A stretch of 42,729 nucleotides of DNA from NCBI GenBank assembly GCA_022449845.1, contig JAKUOE010000002.1:1-42729 (forward strand), in the 5' to 3' direction. The first letter of the stretch is position 1. Each line of letters starts with the position of its first letter. This stretch comes from Candidatus Thalassarchaeum sp. Lineage in GTDB: Archaea; Thermoplasmatota; Poseidoniia; Poseidoniales; Thalassarchaeaceae. Positions 8,879 through 16,722 of the stretch are shown piece after piece. The translations under genes and the position numbers were made by a program. The notes beneath the pieces are model-generated. The model saw nothing but the letters and a program-made list of their open reading frames with translations. It was not told the DNA's origin and did not search any database.

Positions 8879-11800
8879 TCATGTCGTTGTTCGGTCGTCG
8901 TATCGAATCGGTGAGCCACCGTTTCCACGAACGCCATCCACCATGTCATCATCGATTTCGAACCAATCGTTGAGCCAATCGCCATCCGTGTCATAGTTGG
9001 TAGGGTCGGTGCCATCAGCGATGTTGTCACCATCGATATCAAGGTGCCACCAACCCCAGACAAACTCACCCTGACCGATGTTTGGATATCGGTCGAAGGT
9101 CCCCCAGCGTCGGTCCCAATCATCCGTCCAATCCCCTCGGCAGATGGGGACGTCGTCGGTAGAATCGAGAATCATGTAATCGACATCATTGTCGAAGACA
9201 ACATGTGCGTACAAATCGTCGGTTGTATTGATTCGATACATACGGAAATAATTGGCATAGATATCATTGGGTGTCCCAATCTGCAATAGATAACCGCGAA
9301 GTTGCCACCATTCTGTAATCTGTTGACCTTCATACAACAATGGTGAACCACGAACCTGGGTGGCACTGGCAAGTGTGGTGTTTCCGTAGAATTCCTGGAA
9401 GTTGTTGTACGGGATGTAAATACAGGTCGGCCCTGAGCAATCCCAGCCACCATCGTTATCCGGATCATCGGTCGAATCCGTGGGGTCACGGGGGTCGAAT
9501 GTAGCCCAAGTCCATTCCATGTTGGGTCTAGCCAAATCTACTCCAGATACATTCAGAGGTTTCTTGGTGGCGCCAAAATCCTCCCAAACAACCTGTATGT
9601 GTAGGAAAGAGGACCAGTTGTCGTTGGATTCGTTCCAACCCTTGTCGTGTTCCCACCAGTCTGGAAGCATGTCGCCATCGGTATCATCATCAATGGGATT
9701 GGTGCCAAACTTGTAGACTTCACGACCATCGCTGAGTGACCAAGAATAGTCATAGGCGGTTGTGACGCCATTCGATTCATCGCGAACCTTCTGAATCGCA
9801 TCACCATCTGTGTCATTGGAGATTGGATGGGTTCCCAGTTCCCATTCCTGGAGGTTGGTAAAGAACAGTGGGCTGTTACCCGGTGAAATCTGTTGACTGG
9901 AATCGTAAGGTGTGAATGTTCGAGAGTCCCAAGAGCCCTGCTGAGCTGGGACATCACCAGATGTCCGATCGAACCAACCATCCGCATCAGGGTCGTAGGA
10001 TACATCGAGAGGATTGACCGGATTGAGGCTCCAACGCCAACTGTTCATGGGAAGGGTCTCCACATAGGTCGAATAGCAGAATTCCCAGCCATCTGGCATC
10101 GTATCGCCGTCTGAATCGGGGTGCGTCGGATCCGAGATACCCCAAAGGCTGAGGTTCCAGTTTTCTGAATAGGCGGCATTGATTCTGAGCATGCGCTCAC
10201 TACTCATCACATCCTTGACGACGAAGAGATCGTACAGGGCCCCACGGGCTTGAGATTCCGTCATCCCATTCTCCTCCTGATGGGCGTTGATCGTGTCGCG
10301 TCCAAAACTCACCAATCCAAACTCCGGAGGGACGGTGAAGCGTTGGTCGTAATTCCCGTAAATACGAGCCTGATATTCGGCGAGATTGTCGTAAGATTCG
10401 TTTTCATCAATTACGCCATCTCCATTACAATCCCATGAATCATTATCGGAGTCGAAATCGACATCAGCAGCGCTGAGTGGGTTCATTTCCCACTGGTTAC
10501 CATCTAGGTCCCATTCGGTGAACCAATACTCGTATCCATCAATCATTTGATCGCTGTCCGAATCATTGTTCGTCGGATCTGTGATTCCAATAATCGTTGA
10601 GAGGAGAGGCGGGGGTGGGAGGTCAGGATCACTTCGCCATTCGAGATATTGATCGGCAGCGATCATCGCGCGGTTGCCTTTGGCGAACAGCATTGAATTG
10701 ATTCGCTGTAGGAATGCATTCTCGTTCTGTTCAATGGCTTCTTCCCACATTTTCGGTGCATCGGGTGGAGATAGACCACCATTGATTGGGTTCTGTTGAG
10801 TCAGATTCAATTCTTGAAGGTCGGTCAATGCGTCACGATCAGCATCATAGTGACCATCCCCGGAGACAAGTGGGTTCAGGGTCCAAACCAAATCGGTCTG
10901 GTTCCATTGGGTAAAGAGCAATTCGATTCCATCATACATCCCATCTCCATCGGTATCGGGATTATTCGGGTCACACGTTCGTCCGCTGATTGCAATCTGT
11001 TCGGGGCTGATGAAGGCGCCAAAGGAGGTCATCGAACCGGCTTCATTCCAAACTTGGATGGCAGCGATTCCCGCGACTCCAAAGACGTAATACTGCGGGC
11101 TTGATTGTTCAGGATTGGCCTCGGTGTAGTTTGAATCAATTGAATTGTATTCTTCCCAATTGGTCATGCCATCACCATCGGGGTCACCCAGTGAATCCAA
11201 CTCCATGACCGGATTGAGGGTCCATCCGTCATTGTAAACATCCCAACGAGCGAAGTAAACCTCCCATCCATCGGGCATCCCGTCTTGATCCGTGTCGGCA
11301 CTCAAGGGATCACTTGTCCCCTGATCTGATTGAGGCGCGAGGGGTTGGTCGTCGATGACTTCCTGAGTGACATAGAATCCGAAAGCTTCGTTCGCTGAAC
11401 CGTTCCAAGAATCGTTGTACAGCGAGGTAGTCATCGGCAGAGGATTTCCATTTTGATCCACATCGCCGAGCATAATGAGTGACGAGACATAGTACTCCAT
11501 CCAGTTGGTGTACATCTCATCTGGTTGGAGAATACCATCATGATTGACATCATATCCATCTCCATCCGGATTGTTGCCTCCATCAGAGCCATTCAGTGGG
11601 TTCAAGCCCTCCTGAGCAGAGGACCAGGAACAAGTGTATCTTGCCTCCCAACCATCCGGTATACCATCTCCATCTGAATCGACGAGGTTGGGGTCGGTAT
11701 CGACCCAGTGGGCCGCGCCCTCGGCAGTTTCATTGTGCGTGACTAGACCTTGATCTTGGACGAAAAGCCGAATCTGCTGCCATTGATATTCACAGAGATT

Positions 11801-14575
11801 CGTCAGGCCGTCCCCATCTGCATCTTCATTTGCGTCAGAGGGATCGGTGGGGTCCAATGACCAATCGTTCCCACCGTGGAAGGTCTGACCAATCCAACGA
11901 CGATACTGAATCTCCCATCCATCGGGCATTCCATCCTGATCGGTGTCGATGTTGGTCGGATCAATGCTTTGATCGGTTCCACCCCCAGCACCAGAATCGG
12001 ACCATCCCGCGATGTAGGTCGTTCTCGCTGCCTGACCGGTCTGGTCATCGCACAGATACTCGCCATTCAGGTAATGACAAGTGAAATTTGTTCGTTCTAG
12101 GAAGAAACCCCAATATTCCTCGCCGTCGAATAGACCATCGCCATCTGTATCAGCCAATTGTGGATCTGTGCTGTTCCAACCCTGTTCTGTGGTTGCAATG
12201 TAGCGGAACTCGTCGAGATTGGACCAGCTTCGGTCGAAAAACTCATCTTCATCGGGGTTGAAATTTACACCATCAGCATCGGGATCATCATTCCGATCGT
12301 AGGGGTTGGTCGGGTCCAATCCAAAGATAAATTCCCAGCCGTCTGGCATTCCATCAGAATCTGAATCATTGGACAATGGGTCGATGAGAAGCATGTTTGC
12401 ATAGGTCCCGGGGTCCAATGCTGCGAACAACATGGATTGGCCATCGAGATCCAATACAGTCATGGCAACGCTGAGACCGGGAATTCGCGTGTGGTCCGGT
12501 TCGACACCTGAGGAGCGACTGTGGTCCGCATCCAGAGCCCATGAGCCCCACTGTGAGCCGATGATGACTTCATCGCCCAACGGTAGAATCGAATGGATGT
12601 CGTTGGCAGTGAATTCCGCATCGTAATTCATGCGGTCATAGGAGAATGCACCAATGGGGTTGGAAGGTCCGACCACCAAAGCGAGCTGATGTACTCCACC
12701 ACGTGTACCCACCCACAGTGTCTGTGGGCTGGTAATCTCCCCACCTGCATCGCGAGGACCATCGACGAACAGTGCCTGAACACGAGCAGCGAGTGCACTA
12801 TCGATGGCGTCGGCGGGTTTCACGTAATCCTCGGCGTTTGTAACATCAAAAATCCAAGTATGGTCGAATCCGCCAGAAAAATCGGAACTATTGGCCATTA
12901 GTAAGCCACGGTCGGTCCCAACGAACAGACGCGGGCCTTCGTTCGGAAGAACGACATGGATGGCCGTCTCGACAGTGGTATTCTCCTGCTCTTGAAGGGC
13001 CGCTGTGAGCGGGGCGACAGTTGCAGGAGTACCAAGCAGCCCCTGAGAGTCAATGGTCAAGCGCCAGACATTCTGCGCTTCGCCAAAGCCAAGAATCAGA
13101 ATCTGACCGCCACTGCCTGTCTCCACTGGAGTCAGGAGATGTATGGCTTCGGTTTCAATCTCATCGACGATGGAGGACATCTGACCGTCAGCATCCAGTG
13201 CTAGGGTCTGAAGTCCCGAGGTAGTAGACAAGAGAAGTACACCATCATCTCCTCCATCTGGCCATAGATATAGGTCCAAGAGATGGATGCCCGAAGGCAA
13301 TGCATAGTGACTCGAAGAATTTGATGCAGGATGTATAATCGTTGTACCGCGCATGGTTCCTGCGTAGATTAAACCGTGATTATCATCGGAGAAAATCGAA
13401 TGGGCATTGTGATGCAAAAGGCCAGGTGTTGTACCCTGATCGAAGGTATTGACAACTTGATTGGCATTCCCTAGAGCAGCACTCTTCACGCCTGCAGTCA
13501 CCCAATTTCCATCATCTTGGTAAACCGAATATTCCTCAAGATTGCTGAAGACCTCGCCAAGGTCGAGGGTTGAACTAGAGGTGTCCGGAGAGATGGCCCC
13601 GTCTCGATTAATATCCCAGCCATCCAAATCACTGTCAATCAATGCATCACTGCTGTTCAGTGGATCCAGTTGGAAGTAAATTTCCCAGCCATCGATGATT
13701 CCATCACCTTTCTGAGTTTGACCCAATGCCTGGCCTGGATTGCCCACCCATCGATAATAATCAGTGTCATTGTCAAGAGGGTCAGTTCCGAGCCATCCAG
13801 AGTCACCGGTCGGGCGCGTCTCATCTGTCCTGCATGGATTGACCAACGGTGAAATTTCCCCCGAACAACGCAGTCCATCGAATTCCGTGACCCAGCCCTC
13901 AGGGGCACCATACAGGTACTCCTCGGCATTTGTGTAGTACTCATGCGGTTCAACCGTACCATCCCGATCGACATCGAATCCATCACCACAGCCCAACGTG
14001 AGGTCTCTACAGCGATCGCTGTCTATCAGACCATCACTGCTGTTCAACGGGTCAAAGGCAGGGCAATTCCAGACGTGAGAAGCGTTCTCATATCCAGTTC
14101 TAGACATGCACATGGCAACCTCGAATCCATCGGGAAGGCCATCGCCATCGGTATCACCGGAGCGAGGGTCGAGATACCAGCGAACACCGGTTTCAGAAAT
14201 GTCGGCAGACTTGCCGGGCAGCCCTGTACGATTGTTGGTGAAACATGAATCTAGACTGTAGGGCCAACAGTATTCCATCAGTGCGGTGAGGCCGTCGTAA
14301 TCGTGGTCACTCTGATTGTCAGTGCCGTTGTCTGCATCCAGACCAGGGATGGTTCGTGACCTGTCGCCCAAATCGAGGAAGATGGGTTCACTGAAAGCTT
14401 CCTCATGAAGGTCAGGCATCCCATCCTTGTCTCGGTCGGTGATTGGGGGACCTTCGCCGGTTGTATCGCCCGGGTGGACCGATTGTACAGGACTGTTGGG
14501 GCGAATCTGGCTGACGAAAACCATCGAGCCGAGGATTAAGAGCGTAATCAGAAGAGCTGTTTGCTTGCGACGCAC
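8879..14575 (-). CDS. Giant secreted Ca-binding protein (1898 aa) with thrombospondin type-3-like repeats and a central beta-propeller-like region
   Basis: Uninterrupted 5.7-kb ORF. GTG start at 14575 preceded by AGGTGA (14580..14585). N-terminal signal/anchor MRRKQTALLITLLILGSMVFVSQ. At least 20 DxDxDGxxDxxE units by eye (DTDGDGLPDGFE, DSDSDGMPDGWE, DTDQDGMPDGWE twice, DSDGDGIPDGWE, DTDGDGMYDGIE and others). aa ~380-700 carry 'hhhGTxxGh' blades (IYAGTMRGTTII, LFVGTDRGLLMA, LWVGTRGGVHQL). No C-terminal TM segment. Confidence 0.9.
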   Translation of the reverse strand: MRRKQTALLITLLILGSMVFVSQIRPNSPVQSVHPGDTTGEGPPITDRDKDGMPDLHEEAFSEPIFLDLGDRSRTIPGLDADNGTDNQSDHDYDGLTALMEYCWPYSLDSCFTNNRTGLPGKSADISETGVRWYLDPRSGDTDGDGLPDGFEVAMCMSRTGYENASHVWNCPAFDPLNSSDGLIDSDRCRDLTLGCGDGFDVDRDGTVEPHEYYTNAEEYLYGAPEGWVTEFDGLRCSGEISPLVNPCRTDETRPTGDSGWLGTDPLDNDTDYYRWVGNPGQALGQTQKGDGIIDGWEIYFQLDPLNSSDALIDSDLDGWDINRDGAISPDTSSSTLDLGEVFSNLEEYSVYQDDGNWVTAGVKSAALGNANQVVNTFDQGTTPGLLHHNAHSIFSDDNHGLIYAGTMRGTTIIHPASNSSSHYALPSGIHLLDLYLWPDGGDDGVLLLSTTSGLQTLALDADGQMSSIVDEIETEAIHLLTPVETGSGGQILILGFGEAQNVWRLTIDSQGLLGTPATVAPLTAALQEQENTTVETAIHVVLPNEGPRLFVGTDRGLLMANSSDFSGGFDHTWIFDVTNAEDYVKPADAIDSALAARVQALFVDGPRDAGGEITSPQTLWVGTRGGVHQLALVVGPSNPIGAFSYDRMNYDAEFTANDIHSILPLGDEVIIGSQWGSWALDADHSRSSGVEPDHTRIPGLSVAMTVLDLDGQSMLFAALDPGTYANMLLIDPLSNDSDSDGMPDGWEFIFGLDPTNPYDRNDDPDADGVNFNPDEDEFFDRSWSNLDEFRYIATTEQGWNSTDPQLADTDGDGLFDGEEYWGFFLERTNFTCHYLNGEYLCDDQTGQAARTTYIAGWSDSGAGGGTDQSIDPTNIDTDQDGMPDGWEIQYRRWIGQTFHGGNDWSLDPTDPSDANEDADGDGLTNLCEYQWQQIRLFVQDQGLVTHNETAEGAAHWVDTDPNLVDSDGDGIPDGWEARYTCSWSSAQEGLNPLNGSDGGNNPDGDGYDVNHDGILQPDEMYTNWMEYYVSSLIMLGDVDQNGNPLPMTTSLYNDSWNGSANEAFGFYVTQEVIDDQPLAPQSDQGTSDPLSADTDQDGMPDGWEVYFARWDVYNDGWTLNPVMELDSLGDPDGDGMTNWEEYNSIDSNYTEANPEQSSPQYYVFGVAGIAAIQVWNEAGSMTSFGAFISPEQIAISGRTCDPNNPDTDGDGMYDGIELLFTQWNQTDLVWTLNPLVSGDGHYDADRDALTDLQELNLTQQNPINGGLSPPDAPKMWEEAIEQNENAFLQRINSMLFAKGNRAMIAADQYLEWRSDPDLPPPPLLSTIIGITDPTNNDSDSDQMIDGYEYWFTEWDLDGNQWEMNPLSAADVDFDSDNDSWDCNGDGVIDENESYDNLAEYQARIYGNYDQRFTVPPEFGLVSFGRDTINAHQEENGMTESQARGALYDLFVVKDVMSSERMLRINAAYSENWNLSLWGISDPTHPDSDGDTMPDGWEFCYSTYVETLPMNSWRWSLNPVNPLDVSYDPDADGWFDRTSGDVPAQQGSWDSRTFTPYDSSQQISPGNSPLFFTNLQEWELGTHPISNDTDGDAIQKVRDESNGVTTAYDYSWSLSDGREVYKFGTNPIDDDTDGDMLPDWWEHDKGWNESNDNWSSFLHIQVVWEDFGATKKPLNVSGVDLARPNMEWTWATFDPRDPTDSTDDPDNDGGWDCSGPTCIYIPYNNFQEFYGNTTLASATQVRGSPLLYEGQQITEWWQLRGYLLQIGTPNDIYANYFRMYRINTTDDLYAHVVFDNDVDYMILDSTDDVPICRGDWTDDWDRRWGTFDRYPNIGQGEFVWGWWHLDIDGDNIADGTDPTNYDTDGDWLNDWFEIDDDMVDGVRGNGGSPIRYDDRTTT

Positions 14576-14583
14576 GGACTCAC

Positions 14584-14602
14584 CTGTGGGTTATACCCAC
14601 AG
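14584..14602 (-). promoter_or_regulatory. 7-bp stem-loop in the leader of the 1898-aa gene, adjoining its SD-like element
   Basis: Plus strand ctgtggg-ttata-cccacag. On the mRNA strand, CUGUGGG-UAUAA-CCCACAG is followed directly by GUGAGUCC-GUG(start). The SD-like AGGUGA therefore shares 2 nt with the 3' arm. Confidence 0.45.
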
Positions 14603-14823
14603 CCGCATCCCCGCTCTCACGCTTATGATGCTGATGGAGCGCCGTTCGGACGGGACTTCAGACATTTCTGACAACAAATGGATGAATTTGGATTGAGAAA
14701 GAAATTATTTTGTTTTCAAATATTACCTTTCGGCGGTTTTTTGAAGGTGCAAAATACGGCTTCTGATTCTCTCTCCAAGCGCTTCATTCAAGGGGTGTAC
14801 AGTCGGCCGCCTCTAAGGTTGGG

Positions 14824-15624
14824 ATGGGACTCGAGATTACACACCTTGGTTCGGGTAGCGGCGGCAATGCGACGCTGTTACAAACCGAGGAGGCGAAAGT
14901 GCTCATTGACTGCGGGTTCAGCGGCCGTCTAATTGTGCGGCGGGTGGCGCGTTGCGGGGTCGAGCCAGGTGCGATTCATGCCATCCTTCTCAGCCACCAT
15001 CATTCCGACCATGTGAAATGTGCGGAAATCTTCCATAAGCGCCATGGGGCCAAATTGTTCGCCAACTTCACGACATGTGAGAAACTCGGATTCGATCCCG
15101 TCAACCAATGTCGCATTTTTGAGGCGCTTGAGAGGGTGCAGATTGCACCGGATTTGTCCGTTCTCCCCGTGCCGGTCCCACACGATGGTGCAGAGAACGT
15201 GGGATTCATCATCAATTCACGTTCAAATGGTCGAGCTGCGGTCGTCACAGACTTGGGTGAACCAACCGATGAGTTGATTGATCATCTCAAGGGTTGCGCA
15301 CACATCTCAATCGAATCAAATTATGATGCGAAACGGCTGGCACTTGGCCCTTATCCAGCACAGTTAAAATCGCGAATATCCGGACGGGGTGGTCACCTTT
15401 CCAATCGACAAACTGCGGACATATTGGAAGAGGTGATTGGACCCCATACAAGGAGTGTTGTCCTATGTCACCTCTCAGAGAAAAACAATGCTCCACATCT
15501 CGCTGAGAGTGAGACATTATTCAGGGTTGAAAACTGGAGTGGAGATTTGCGAGTTTCAACCCAAGATGGACCCGAATTTAGTCACTGGCTTGGTCAGACC
15601 GAAGCAGAAATTTTGTCACGCTGA
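14824..15624 (+). CDS. MBL-fold metallo-hydrolase (beta-lactamase superfamily)
   Basis: 266-aa ORF. 'THLGSGSGGNATLL', 'VLIDCGFS' and the HxHxDH zinc motif 'LLSHHHSDHV', with later conserved His/Asp positions (VPHDG, LCHLS). Confidence 0.85.
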   Translation: MGLEITHLGSGSGGNATLLQTEEAKVLIDCGFSGRLIVRRVARCGVEPGAIHAILLSHHHSDHVKCAEIFHKRHGAKLFANFTTCEKLGFDPVNQCRIFEALERVQIAPDLSVLPVPVPHDGAENVGFIINSRSNGRAAVVTDLGEPTDELIDHLKGCAHISIESNYDAKRLALGPYPAQLKSRISGRGGHLSNRQTADILEEVIGPHTRSVVLCHLSEKNNAPHLAESETLFRVENWSGDLRVSTQDGPEFSHWLGQTEAEILSR

Positions 15625-15687
15625 AAATCTCACCTCAGTATGAGGTGAAATGCGAATTGCTAAGAACAGACGGGGGTATCTCAGTCC

Positions 15688-16722
15688 ATGCGCCCCCCCT
15701 CGGCTAGGTCTCAATCGGCCGATGAGCGCGCCGTCTCAGAAATCATGGGTGTGACGATGCTGTTGGCCATGGTCATCTCAACCATGGCTGGTGTAGTCGT
15801 CGTCATGCAGCCATTCATGGAGGATTTGACAGACAATCGAGATTGGGCCGCAGGTAGTGTCGCTGCAACACAATTCAATGACCGTTTATTGGTTGTCGCT
15901 GAATCCCCGGCTGGAACCGGTATCGTTGTGAACAGTCAGCATATTTCGGATACGATTCAACCGCTGCGAAATGCTGAGATTTGGCAGGTTAGTGCCGATC
16001 TCAGTGGTGAGGACCGGGTCTCGGTTTCTCTGGTCAATGGCATATTCAGCGTAACTTCGTTGAATGATACAGCAACATCGGTTGTGATCCAAACCGACCT
16101 AGGAATTGAACAGTGGGCTTTGGCCGATGGACAAGGCGAAATCACCACCAATCTGAGTATGCAAGAATGGATGCGGATCGATGTCCTAGACAGTATGAAC
16201 CAAACCATACATCGCTGGATTCAGATACCATTGGACGGGGTTCAACTCAGAACGCCTCTAACCGAGGGGACGTTTCAGATCAATCTCATCAATGGGGCTA
16301 GAATCGAGCAACTCCCGAATCAACCCATCGACGTTCGCAGTTTCCCACGTCTGCACCAAGACGAGACATTGGATGGTGGTCTCCGCGTTAGTCTCGTTCT
16401 AATCGATGTCGATATCGATGGAATCGAACGAAGCATAGGTCGGTCATTGGATCTCGAAAGTCGTGGCATTGTCTCGTTCTTCGACGATCAAGCCCGAAAT
16501 CTCAAACTTCTACCCGAATTCACGGGCCTAGACAATCCAGAATCAAGATATCTCCGTCAATGGACAGATGCATACGATTTGCATCGAGCGACTGGAGACG
16601 ACAGTGAGTACATTGGATTCGGACCCAATGGACGATTGTCGGGAGCGGATGGCGTGACACTGCATCCAACGACAAGTGACTTCCATCTGGATGTAGTCTT
16701 ACAGCAGGTTGTGGTCCAATGA
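15688..16722 (+). CDS. Archaeal type IV pilin-like protein with class III signal peptide (Pilin_N/DUF1628-type N-terminus), 344 aa
   Basis: The N-terminus MRPPSARSQSADERAVSEIMGVTMLLAMVISTMAGVVVVM has a charged leader, an R-A|V-S-E cleavage-type motif and a ~25-aa hydrophobic helix. It shares ATGA with the next gene. Confidence 0.75.
   Translation: MRPPSARSQSADERAVSEIMGVTMLLAMVISTMAGVVVVMQPFMEDLTDNRDWAAGSVAATQFNDRLLVVAESPAGTGIVVNSQHISDTIQPLRNAEIWQVSADLSGEDRVSVSLVNGIFSVTSLNDTATSVVIQTDLGIEQWALADGQGEITTNLSMQEWMRIDVLDSMNQTIHRWIQIPLDGVQLRTPLTEGTFQINLINGARIEQLPNQPIDVRSFPRLHQDETLDGGLRVSLVLIDVDIDGIERSIGRSLDLESRGIVSFFDDQARNLKLLPEFTGLDNPESRYLRQWTDAYDLHRATGDDSEYIGFGPNGRLSGADGVTLHPTTSDFHLDVVLQQVVVQ

Noticed and set aside
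8879-14575. Whether the reiterated DxDxDG-coding units represent a DNA tandem repeat, CRISPR-like array or assembly artefact
   Set aside because: The units are irregularly spaced and embedded in one continuous reading frame. They diverge at synonymous positions (32/36 identity between the two best-matching copies). This is a protein-level repeat, not a DNA repeat array.
14745-14750. T6 run as an archaeal transcription terminator
   Set aside because: No plus-strand gene ends upstream of it. It lies inside the divergent promoter region, so it is more likely part of AT-rich promoter DNA.
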